Shown: positions 38,707 to 49,664 of the stretch, piece by piece | How the letters are laid out: each line of letters begins with the position of its first letter | How positions within the stretch are numbered: position 1 is the first letter of the stretch | NCBI GenBank assembly: GCA_964016885.1 | Contig: OZ024744.1 | Coordinates: forward strand, 135,346,001 to 135,410,000 | Direction of reading: 5' to 3' | From: Eledone cirrhosa | Lineage: Eukaryota | Length of the DNA: 64,000 nt | Made by a program: the position numbers and the translations under genes | Notes under the pieces: generated by a model | The model's input: only the letters and a program-made list of their open reading frames with translations | Told to the model about the DNA's origin: nothing | The model's database searches: none

Positions 38707-41690
38707 CATCATCATCATCATCATCATCATTTTACGTCCGCTTTTCCCTGCTTGCAAGGGTGGGGCGGGTCTTATTCAACACAGCATCTCTCCACTCGTC
38801 ACGGTCCCTCGTCATCTCCACCGTGAGCTTCAATGATCTGAGGTCTGTTCTCACCACCTCCGCCCATGTTTTTCGTGGTCTACCTCTACCACGTCTTCCT
38901 TCAACTGGCAATTCCTGGCACTTCTTCACCCATCGGTCATCCTCCATGCGCATCACATGTCCATACCACCTCAGTCTCCTCTCCCGTACACTGCATTCTA
39001 TCCCTCTCAGACACAGTTTCTCTCTCAACACATTTAAGCTGGGTCGTTCACGCACATTTACACTGCACATCCAACGGAGCATGCTTGCAGTTACTGCCCA
39101 TGTCTCACTACCATGCAGCATCACGCTCCTCACATAGGCATCATACAACCGGCCTTTCGTACGCAGGGAGAAACCCTTCTTCGTCAACAGAGGAAGCAGC
39201 TCCCTAAACTTCTTCCAACCCGTCCTTATTCTAGATACTATGGCCTCGGAATACCCTCGTCCCATGCTAATCTGATCTCCTAGGTACCGGAAGCTATCCA
39301 CCACTTCTATAGCGCCTTCCTGCATTTGAAAAATGTGCCAATCAATGCGACTTCTACTGTCTAATTTCCCTGTACATCTACTGCATACATATTTCTCCCT
39401 ACCTGTTAGTTTGCCTGCTATCCCGCTACATCTCTTGTGTACCCAGGATCTGCATTGTGTGCATTTTATATAATTTATGCCAGTTCCTTTTCTGCATATC
39501 GAACATGGCCATTTCCCTGACGGAATCAGGGTTTTGTCCTCTTTTCTACTCATCAATACTTTTGTCTTAGCTAGATTCACTCTCAGTCCTCTTGCTTCCA
39601 ACTGCTGTTTCCATAGCCAGAATTTATTCTCTAGCTCCTCTACTGATTCTGCTATAAGAACCAGATTGTCAGCATAGAGACGTTCCCATGTACAGCCAGT
39701 CTTAAACTCCTCTGTTATGGCTTGGAGGACTATAATGAACAAGAGCGGGCTGAGGACCGAACCCTGATGTACTCCTACTTGTATCTGGAATTCCTCACTA
39801 AACTCCATTCCTACCCTGACTTTACTGAGAGTACCTCTGTACAAAGTTTGCACTGTCCTCACAAGCCATTCCTCAACACCTAGCTTCCTTAGGGACCACC
39901 AGACGACAGATCGGGGTACCCTATCAAAGACCTTCTCTAGGTCAACAAAGGCTAAGTATAGTGGCTTATTCTTCTCTAAGAACCTCTCTTGCAATTGTCT
40001 CACCAAGAAGAGGGCATCTGTTGTACTCTTCCCGGGCACAAAACCAAACTGCATCTCATCTAGTTTGACCCTTTCTCTAATTAGTTGTGCTAAAATCCTT
40101 TCTGCCACTTTCATAACCTGATCTATCAGTTTTATCCCCCTATAATTGCTCCTCTCCAAAGCATCCCCTTTACCTTTGTAGCAATTTATGAGAATACTGC
40201 TGCACCAGTCTTTGGGTATGACATCACCATATATAGCCTGATTGATGATGCGTGCAACCAGTTTAGTGCCTACGTCCCCTGATGCCTTCAGCATCTCAGC
40301 AACTATTCCCGATGGTCCGGCAGCCTTACCATTTTTCATTTCCCTAATCGCCTCTTGGACCCTATATTCGTCAATCTCAATAGCTCGTGCCTCTGTCGGA
40401 TCTACCAAGGGTAATTTCTCTCTCCCATTTGTTCTCCACATTCATCAGTCTCTCATAATGACATTTCCAGGCCTCCTTTTTCTGATCATTCGTGACACTA
40501 AGTACACCGGCATCATTCCGGACACATTTATCTCCAACAACATCCTGATTTGCATTGACACACTGCCTTGCAATGTGGAACAAGGCACGCCTCTGATCTT
40601 CCCGTCGCAGAACATTGGCAAACCTCTTACTCTCTGCCTCCCTGCGTGCTAAGTACACCTGACGTCTAGCTTCTCTCTTAGTGGCTGTATATTCTTCCCT
40701 ACTCCCATCCTTTTTCCAAGCCTTCCATGCTAGTCTTTTGTCTCTAATAGCCTTATCTACTGTGCTGTTCCACCACCAGGTTAATCTCTGTCTGGTTGGA
40801 GCTCTGCTCCAGCTACAAGTTTCATCAGTAGCCTGCAGCAAGTTGTCACGTAGGAAATTCCAGTTATTATCTATGTCATACGTCTCTAAATCGTCTTCTT
40901 TTTCGTCATACACATCTTGAGGGGCTTTCCTAAATTTGAGTTTTAGTGAAAGGTCTTTTAGCTTCCAGACCTTTCTTCTCCACACCTTCCTATATGTCTC
41001 ATTCCATCTCTTGCTTACTGAGATATCACTAACAACTAAGCTATGCTGTGAAGTACATTCTTCCCCAGGGTATGCCTTGGTATTAGACACTATCTGCCTG
41101 TCCCGCTGCCTAACTAGTAAAAAGTCAATCTGGCTTATGTGCTCACCAGATTTGTAGGTTATTAGGTGATTGGCAGGTTTCTGGAAGTTTGTGTTGCAAA
41201 TAGTCAATGTACCTGCATCACAAAATTCAAGAAGTCTCACTCCTTCTTCATTTCTTGAACCGTAACCGTGCCCACCATGTACTCCAGTGTAACCATCCTG
41301 GAGCTGTCCAACATGACCATTGAAGTCTCCTGCTAGCATAACGATGTCTCCGTCCTCTGTCATTGCGGTTGTTTGCAAAAGTTGCTTATAAAAGCAGTCT
41401 TTCTCATCTTTGCCTAGGCCTGCTTGGGGAGCATAGGCCGAGATGATTGTCAGTAGTCTCCTACCTACAACTAATCTAAGCTTAATTATTCGATTACTAA
41501 CTCGAACTACCTCTATTGTCTTATTGATCCATTTCTCAGCCAGGAAATTGCCTACTCCCCCTAACCCATCATCCTTACATACCCAGAATAGCTTATAGCT
41601 AAGACGTTTGCCTACGACTAGTCTCGCAGAGGCACCTCTCCATCTCACCTCTTGCACGCAGCACACATCCACCTGCCTTCTCTCCAGCAT
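38707..41690 (-). mobile_element. RTE-clade LINE, slightly 5'-truncated, one frameshift, (ATG)n tail
   Basis: APE ORF 40377-41723 (VQEVRW, SAYAP, GDFN, QIDF, SQH) and RT ORF 38732-40441 (GKAAGP, QFGF, QGSVLSP, YADN, RGRGRPRKTW); (CAT)8 at 38707-38730. Confidence 0.93.
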
Positions 41691-42286
41691 CACCTTGAAA
41701 AAATCCTTCGTAAACATAAACATTTTTTTGACGTTAGATTATTCATTCTCAATTCATTATTTTTTCTCCCTTTCATGCTCATCTAACTTATACATATTAC
41801 ACTTATTCATCCACTCTTCTACTTCTTTCACAATATATCCTTAATTACATTACTATTGCTATATTTTTATATTTTTTAATAATACATATCAACAATTTCT
41901 TTCCATCGCACATATTATTAAACCCTTAAATATACAAACCTTAATTTAACATTATTCTAAAATTTTTCTCTTCGTTAATTTTCAAATTCTTTTAATTTAT
42001 ATATTATCTTCCAACGGTTTTTCAACCTCTCTATGTAAAACAATATTTTTCTCAGTTATAAAAGCTATCTCTCTCTCTCTATCACCCATCTCTCCTCCTA
42101 TCTCATCCTTCCTCATTATACTCCTCCCTCTCCACTTTTTACTCTCATCTCCTCCTCTTTCCCCCCCCCCCCCTCAAAATAAAATATTTTTCCTAACATC
42201 ACACATCAATCTAAAACTACTTTTCATATGTTGATTTAAAACTGCACTATCCACAAGTGTTTTTTAACCTTCATATAATGTCTTCC

Positions 42287-42357
42287 TGTTTTATCTGATG
42301 AAAACACAAATATTATTGCATGATGATATTTGTTTTTGAAATGCGCATAATAAAATA
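42287..42357 (+). ncRNA. Minimal hammerhead ribozyme motif (PLE family 2, copy B)
   Basis: tgttttat-CTGATGA (42295)-stem II-GAAA (42338)-TGCGCA-TA-ataaaata. Confidence 0.85.
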
Positions 42358-42385
42358 CATGGAACTCTTTTAACCATCTTTTGTT

Positions 42386-42433
<48 letters not shown>

Positions 42434-42438
<5 letters not shown>

Positions 42439-42606
42439 GTATCGGTAGAGGGTTGGACGCCATGCTTTCTAGCATAGTTACGTCCCTTTACAGTCTGAGT
42501 TCAAATCCGGCCGAGGTTAAGTTTGCCTTTCATCCTTGTGGGGTCGATAAAATAAAGTACCAGTAATGTACTGGGTAATTGCTGGCCTTGTGCCTAAAGT
42601 AGAAAC

Positions 42607-42610
<4 letters not shown>
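42434..42610 (+). mobile_element. tRNA-derived SINE
   Basis: Near-identical to 36643-36774, with the 3' tail ...gcctaaagtagaaacaatt. Confidence 0.8.
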
Positions 42611-42670
<60 letters not shown>

Positions 42671-43076
42671 CTGCTATCGCTAGCATGTTTATATATATAT
42701 ATATATAAACATGCTAGAGATAGCAGTCATAGACGAGATAAGAGGAAGAGGGACATATATATACATTAACAGAGAAAGCTTTTAGATATATATATATAAC
42801 AAAGGAATTGTGGTAAGGAACCAGATGAACCATAACGCACCAGAGTACTCAATACTTAGGGTAGTAGAGTGGGAAATAGGAAAAGTATGACCCCGACGGG
42901 GTCATACTTTTTCCTATATATTTATATAATCTGTTTTAATAAATATATATATATAGAGAGAGAGAATTAGTATATCTACCAACATATGCGTACAGATGTA
43001 CACTAATACTTATTATTATTATTTTTATATGAGTCCCTAGTGTCCACGCTTTGCCTGGAGACTTAGGTGAGAATAG

Positions 43077-43158
43077 ACTCCCTGATGACGTAATGAATTC
43101 TCGATGGTTACATTACGTAACTATCTTTATCCCATTACAGAAAATAATTAGTCGGAGT
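43077..43158 (+). ncRNA. Hammerhead ribozyme motif (family 3, copy 1)
   Basis: actcc-CTGATGA-c-gtaatg...cattac-a-GAAA-ataattag-TC-ggagt. Confidence 0.8.
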
Positions 43159-43615
43159 GAAAATTTTAGTAAGTTAATTTTTAATTTTTTTTTTAATTTT
43201 CTTATTTTATGTCTTTCATATAATTGTTCTGCATCCTCCTGCATCGAACCACCTAGGTACTATGACATAACTTATGTATTTGCTAGCATTAGTGTACATC
43301 TGTACGCATATGTTGGTAGATATACTAATTCTCTATATTTATCTCCAAATTATTTATTTGTTGAGCAAACCTGCCAAATCCACTACTAATTCATTGGTGT
43401 GGTAGTAGGCTTTTGTCATCTTACCAACCCACTCCTTCCGACTAGCCTCAGTGTCACGTGATTGATTCTTTAGAATCTGCCATTTGACCAGAGACAGCGA
43501 ACTTTTTCAGTGCATGGAATTCAGTCCCCGCTAGCTGTTCCATCCACCGAATTATTATTATTTTTATATGAGTCCCTAGTGTCCGCGCATTGCCTGGAGA
43601 CTTAGCTGAGAATAG

Positions 43616-43697
43616 ACTCCCTGATGACGTAATGAATTCTCGATGGTTACATTACGTAACTATCTTTATCCCATAACAGAAACTAATTAGTTGGAGT
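43616..43697 (+). ncRNA. Hammerhead ribozyme motif (family 3, copy 2)
   Basis: actcc-CTGATGA-c-gtaatg...cataac-a-GAAA-CTAATTAG (palindrome)-TT-ggagt. Confidence 0.8.
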
Positions 43698-43756
43698 GAA
43701 AATTTTAGTAAGTAAGTTAATTTTTTATTTTTTTTTTAATTTTCTTATTTTACGTC

Positions 43757-43760
<4 letters not shown>

Positions 43761-43830
<70 letters not shown>

Positions 43831-43968
43831 ATAATAATAAATGTGAAGACTAAAATTTTAATGAAGTGTAGCAACAAGGGCGGTGCCCCAGCATTGCCTC
43901 AGCCGGATGGCTGGAACAGGTAAAAGAGTATATATATATATATGTGTGTGTGGGTGTGTATGTATGCG

Positions 43969-44055
<87 letters not shown>

Positions 44056-44220
44056 ACACACACACAGACAGAGAAAGAGGGATAGGGAGAGAGAGAGAGT
44101 TAGTATAATAAATAAGAGAGACTGGTTTTATTCGTACATCTTCATTTTATTACGTAATTCCATATATACATACGTTCTGAGGTATATATTGATTTAGGAA
44201 CTCAAAATAGTCTCTTACAA

Positions 44221-44306
<86 letters not shown>
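43761..44306. repeat. Cluster of (TA)n, (TG)n and (AG)n microsatellites
   Basis: Direct reading: 43761-43827, 43929-44100 and 44225-44306. Confidence 0.95.
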
Positions 44307-44307
<1 letters not shown>

Positions 44308-44639
44308 TACGTTCTGTACTTTTCTGGTCTTTGGCTGCTATTTCTACCATGCATATTCCTACATCGAATGTATAAAACACAACCTGGCTTTGGTAGCAAA
44401 GTTTGAGTTGAAAATATGACTTTTATACCCCTCCCCGAGCAATTGGGAATATATATGAATTTTAATTGAAATGTCGCTAAATTAATAAATGGGTGTGATT
44501 TAAAACTAAGGTAAACTGAAATAATTACACCGGTAACATAATTAATGTTACACCGGTATTTCACTAACAGATTATTAGACATGTGGCTCTAACAGGTAAT
44601 GTTTCTTTTTGCCGTCTATGTTGGGTTCTAAGTGTAGTT

Positions 44640-45045
44640 TGGCTTGCTAGGGGTCATACACCTTCATACACATACACACACACACTATATATAAGTAATC
44701 TTTACAAGAGAACGATTTATAACAGACATCACAGTGATATGGTTCCTCTCCTGTATATATTAGTGTCTAGTGAAGCCACAACATTTAGAGAAGCAGTTAC
44801 CACAGACATCACAGTGATATGATTCCTCTCCTATATGTGTTAGTGTGTAGTGAAGCTACAACATTTAGAGAATGATTTACCAAATATATCAAAGTGATAT
44901 GGCTTCCCAGCTGTATATATATGTTTGTGTGTAGTTAATGTAAGATTCAAAGAGAATGATTTCCCTCAGATGTCAAAATGATATGTATTTGTATTCTCAT
45001 TAATTCATAAATTTGAGGGAATGATTTATCACTGATGTCAATGTG
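44640..45045 (-). pseudogene. Decayed C2H2 finger repeats downstream of the ZNF stop codon
   Basis: Minus-strand remnants such as IYTGEEPYHCDVC at about 84 bp spacing, out of frame and with stops. Confidence 0.65.
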
Positions 45046-45528
45046 TTATGATTTCTCTTCTGCATGTATAAGTTTGTGAGTAGTTAGGCTACTTTTCCCA
45101 GAGAATGATATACCACAGATATCACAGTGATATGGCTTGTCTCCTGTATGTATACGTTTGTGTGTAGTTAAGTGACCACTTACAGAGAATGATTTACCAC
45201 AGATATCACAGTGATATGGCTTGTCTCCTGTATGGGTACGTTTGTGGCTAGTTAAGTGACTAATTTGAGAGAATGATATACAACAGATACCACAGTGGTA
45301 TGGCTTGTCTCCTGTATGGGTACGTATGTGCTTAATTAAGGTACTACTTAAAGAGAATGATTTGCCACAGATATCACAGTGATATGGCTTGTCTCCTGAA
45401 TGTATATGTTTATCATTCTCTGAAAGTAGTTCCTTAGAACTACTTTCAGAGAATGATTTACCACAGATATCACAGTGATATGGCTTCTGTTCTCTAACCT
45501 TCGTCATCTCACCAGGAATACTAAACAT
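45046..45528 (-). CDS. C2H2 zinc-finger protein (cephalopod-expanded type); four intact fingers and one broken finger; possibly a pseudogene
   Basis: Repeated HTGDKPYHCDICGKSFS; an upstream ATG at 45574 (MENKLTKKIKCETV) is 1 nt out of frame; acceptor-like ttatttcAG at 45921-45922 on minus. Confidence 0.8.
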   Translation of the reverse strand: MFSIPGEMTKVREQKPYHCDICGKSFSESSSKELLSENDKHIHSGDKPYHCDICGKSFSLSSTLIKHIRTHTGDKPYHCGICCISFSQISHLTSHKRTHTGDKPYHCDICGKSFSVSGHLTTHKRIHTGDKPYHCDICGISFSGKSSLTTHKLIHAEEKS

Positions 45529-46240
45529 TTTCGACTGTTTCGCATTTAATCTTCTTTGTCAATTTATTTTCCATAATGATTTCTTCTTGAACAGAAAATA
45601 CAAATGTTTTACTTGTAATATTTTTTATATTATATTCCTAAAAAATATATCCTCTATATTTCCCTCAACTGTAATTTCTGTTAATATCTGAAGATAATAT
45701 AAACTTATGTTTCATCCAAGTTTAGTTAAAATACAAAATCATCTCATAGTGAAGAATATAAACTCAGTTTTGAGGAAATATTTCACAGTAATTCGGCGAC
45801 AGATTTATATAAACAGTGTTATATGAGTTGTTTCGAAAGTTTTAGTCTTAAAATGATGACAAATAGAGGTGATGTATTCAAGATTGAAAATAATAATTTA
45901 TCCAAATGTCATCTGATATTCTGAAATAAGAAAGAAACAGTATGAGATAATACAGAATACTTTAGAAGCAGAGATAGATTTAACAGTGGAAATTTTATAT
46001 TTCTATATTGGTAAACTGTAGATATCAACTTTCCTGTCCAGAGTAATTCTCTCCAATGTAAGCAGTGGTATTCCAGCATGCTCTATAAATTATATCCCTC
46101 TATCCCTTCAGAGGTCTGCTCTATGGCAGTTTAGCAAAAAAATTCATTCTTATAGGACTTATAAGAAAGAAACAGTATGAGATAATAGAGAATACTTAAA
46201 ATACAGAGATAGATTTAACAGTGGAAATTTTACAATCTTC

Positions 46241-46374
46241 CCATATTTCCCAGCGTTGAAGACGTTACTTTTTCCCTAATATAAGTCTCAAAAATCTACC
46301 ATACGTCCTGGAGGCCGAGGGTTGTTTATTGTTTTTTTCAAAAATTTGGTCGTCTTCGGCGCCAGTAAATACGG
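46241..46374. mobile_element. Small Tc1/mariner-type MITE
   Basis: Imperfect TIRs ccatatttcccagcgttgaagacg and cgtcttcggcgccagtaaatacgg followed by TA; it splits a local duplicate of 45926-46027. Confidence 0.55.
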
Positions 46375-46717
46375 TACATTGGTAAACTGTAGAAATATAC
46401 CTGTGTGATGTTTATTTATATAAACCAAGGCTATATATATGTCAAACTACAGCTGCACCATTACAATAGCGGTGTCATCTAGTACAGGGCCCCAAAACTG
46501 TGGTAACCTTGTGAGATGGGTTTGGCTCGGTCGACTGGCTCTCTCCCCATCCAATACCAGTCCACATAACTATGGTAACCTCATGAAAAGGGTTTGGCGC
46601 AGCTGGCTGGCCCCCCCCCTCATGATGGTGTCACCCAATACCAGGCCCCAAAATTATAGTTCCACTGTGAGATGGGTTCCGCACAGCCAACTGGCTTGTC
46701 CCGCCTCATAACAGAGC

Positions 46718-47190
46718 CATCCAGTTCCACACTGTAATCATGGTTCATGTTAGGAAGAGAATCCAGCTGTAAAATACCCGACCAAATTCACAGACCTCAC
46801 CTGGGCAAGGTGTGACACGTGGCCAACCCTGGCCAGACTTGTCTCCTGGTATGGATGACCCACCTAACCCATGCAAGAATGGAAAAATGGACGCTAAATG
46901 GTGATGACACAGACATATATATATATCCCACCCACACTGGACATGTAAGAGACACAGCAAAAAGCACACAGCCCATACTGTAAAGTGGACATATGTAGGT
47001 GTCTTGGGAAATACACCCAGTCCACACTGTCAATGTGGTTGGCGTTAGGAAGGGCGTCCAGCCGTAGAAAGCTAGCCAGTAACACCCCTATATGAGTGAG
47101 ACATGGTCACCTGACCCAAATTGCCTCTAAATGGGATCTGTCTAACCCATGCTAGAGTGGAAGATGGACGTTAATTGATGATGATGATAT
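46718..47190 (+). mobile_element. Two SINE 3' fragments with RTE-type tails
   Basis: GGCGTTAGGAAGGGCGTCCAGCCGTAGAAA core; tails ACCCATGC..GGAA..GGACG.TAA.TGATGATG at 46864-46908 and 47143-47189. Confidence 0.65.
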
Positions 47191-47397
47191 ATAATAAAAT
47201 GTTGTAGTTTGCTTGAAGCATTCTATATAATATATAACGTTGAAAGAGATAGAAGGCTAAACAATGCAAAATGGACTGTAAGATGAGGTAAGGAAAAGTA
47301 AAAGTTACCTGGTAATCTTTGTTTTGTTTTTTTGTTGTTGTTGTTCTTTTATTTGTCCAATATTGCGGGACCTAAAAGTCCTTTCTTCAGGGTTTAA

Positions 47398-47756
47398 CCC
47401 TTTAGCATTTACATTAGATGATGATCATCATGATTACTACATATATACTATTATATTTCCATGGTAAAGACTTTACCTCACATAACATTTACATTACTAT
47501 ATATATACTATTATATTTTCACAGTAAAGTCTTTACCTCACCTAATATCTCACATAACATTTACATCACTCTATATATACTATTATATTTCCATGGTAAA
47601 GTCTTTACCTCACATATGTCACATAATATCAAAACTATGAGATTTTGATATAATTTATATTGAGAACAATACCTTAATATCAGTAAGAGTGGTCAGTTAC
47701 GGCTGGTTTGAACAGAAAAAGGGGTCAGAATTCTGGCCGGTTTAAATGCTAAAGAG
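47398..47756. mobile_element. piggyBac-type MITE with internal ~56 bp repeats
   Basis: TTAA|CCCTTTAGCATTTA ... TAAATGCTAAAGAG|TTAA: 14 bp TIR and TTAA target duplication. Confidence 0.8.
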
Positions 47757-47835
47757 TTAAGTAACTTTCAGTGGATAATGTTCCAATTTCCTCTTTTCAG
47801 GAATAATTTTGATTGTTTTCAAGCATTTTATAAAA

Positions 47836-48737
47836 TTGATGGAAGATGTGAAGTAGGAAGACCTGGGATGAGGTGATAAAAGCTGACCTCACACAATTGA
47901 TGGAAGCTGTGAAGTAGGAAGACCTAGTTTGAGGTGATAAAAGCTGACTTCACACAATTGATGGAAGCTGTGAAGTAGGAAGACCTAGTTTGAGGTGATA
48001 AAAGCTGACCTCACACAATATGGAAGCTATGGAGTAGGAAGACCTGGGATGAGGTGATAAAAGCTGACCCACACAATTGATGGAAGCTATGGAGTAGGAA
48101 GACCTGGGACGAAGTGATAACAGCTGACCTCACACAATTGATGGAAGCTATGGAGTTGAGGTGATAAAAGCTGACCTCACACAATTGATGGAAGCTATGG
48201 AGTAGGAAGACTTGGGATGAGGTGATAACAGCTGACCTCACACAATTGATGGAAGCTATGGAGTAGGAAGACCTGGGGTGAGGTGATAAAAGCTGACCTC
48301 ACACAATTGATGGAAGCTATGGAGTAGGAAGACTTGGGATGAGGTGATAACAGCTGACCTCACACAATTAATGGAAGCTATGAAGTAGGAAGACCTGGGA
48401 TGAGGTGATAACAGCTGACCTCACACAATTAATGGAAGCTATGAAGTAGGAAGACCTGGGATGAGGTGATAACAGCTGACCTCACACAATTAATGGAAGC
48501 TATGGAGTAGGAAGACCTGGGGTGAGGTGATAAAAGCTGACCTCACACAATTGATGGAAGCTATGGAGTAGGAAGACCTGGGATGAGGTGATAAAAGCTG
48601 ACCTCACACAATTGATGGAAGCTATGGAGTAGGAAGACCTGGGATGAGGTGATAAAAGCTGACCTCACACAATTGATGGAAGCTATGGAGTAGGAAGACC
48701 TAGTTTGAGGTGATAACAGTTGACCTCACACAATTGC
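47836..48737. repeat. 61 bp minisatellite, about 15 copies
   Basis: TTGATGGAAGCTATGGAGTAGGAAGACCTGGGATGAGGTGATAAAAGCTGACCTCACACAA at 48551 and 48612, among others. Confidence 0.96.
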
Positions 48738-48884
48738 ACTTCTCAAAGACAATGACACAGGATCGAGATCTTAGGCATTATGCAGCAATATTGAAGACCA
48801 GCCTTCCCTAGTATTGGTATCAATGACTCACACATGGACATCAATATACATCTATATATACACACATTACTATATACACACCTA

Positions 48885-49232
48885 ACATATCAGAGACCCC
48901 CGTCGGTCATGAATGACCATGTGATTTGCAACTAGAAAGTTCCCCTCCGAGGCACAAGTCCGGTTGTTTGAGGAAGACCAGCAGTCACCCATGTATATCA
49001 GCCTACCCTCTCCACGCCACCGATGTTGTCCAAGGGAAAGGTAATGGCTGATACAGCTTGGTACCAGTGACAGCACAACATATATATTATATATACTCTA
49101 TGTAGAGTATATATATATATACTATATATATATTATATATACTCTATGTACAGTATATATTATACACTATATATGTTGTCCAATGGGAAAGGCAATGGCT
49201 GACACAGCTTAGCACCAGTGACATCACAACAT
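48885..49232 (-). mobile_element. 3' part of a tRNA-derived SINE with a duplicated internal module
   Basis: Module tgtccaagggaaagg...gatacagcttggcaccagtgac..acaac at about 49027 and 49177; it recurs at 51470 and 51623. Confidence 0.6.
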
Positions 49233-49664
49233 TTATATATAACTTATATCCCAAACATCCATAGATTATTTCTATTCTACAGCTATCTCTCTTCCCCAAT
49301 TTCAAAATGTTCTGTTTACATTATTATTATTATCATTCACTTGTTTCCACAACGTATATACTTCGACCTTCTTTTTGATATAAACAATTTTGGACATTGT
49401 GTCTTTCTCTACAAACTCATCCCTAACCCCCGCCATTACCTTCCCTTTCTCTCAGTCATTCATTTCGGTGTTTACGAAGTTAGGTGACCATCTTCGAAAT
49501 TCTTGCATACTTGCCTTGTCTAATATGCCTACTTATATCTGCTTATTTCCCCCGAATCTCCTGTGATGATATATGTCATGATGGCTACCTATCTCACAAT
49601 TTCCCACTCACCACCATTGGCTATTTGACTAATCAAACCTCAGCAGCAACATGTCCTTACCCAT

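Larger units (their letters stand above)
36801..42388. mobile_element. Penelope-like element family 2, inverted insertion split by an RTE LINE
   Basis: Minus-strand 3' arm at 36801-37650 is the reverse complement of 38621-38709 plus 41689-42388; plus-strand GIY-YIG remnant at 37660-38440 (CNCPAKNKCPL, YFGSTSTSFKAR, CNLCLCEK); both ends in (TA)n. Confidence 0.88.
42962..43762 (+). mobile_element. Non-coding tandem element with a 539 bp period, two hammerhead motifs and a short inverted 5' piece (retrozyme-like or PLE pseudo-LTR derivative)
   Basis: About 210 bp direct repeats at 43012-43222 and 43551-43762; 42962-43008 is the reverse complement of about 43288-43334; ends in (TA)n. Confidence 0.75.

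Noticed and set aside
43111-43125. cattac-GTAA-cta as the hammerhead core with a GAAA-to-GTAA change
   Set aside because: A canonical GAAA with palindromic stem III lies downstream in both copies and gives a better fold; kept only as a possible decoy pairing.
42236-44582. ORFs rich in YIYI, THTH or CVCV runs
   Set aside because: They are microsatellite translations.
48950-49080. HDV-like ribozyme in the SINE tail
   Set aside because: I could not assemble the P1-P4 nested pseudoknot by eye.
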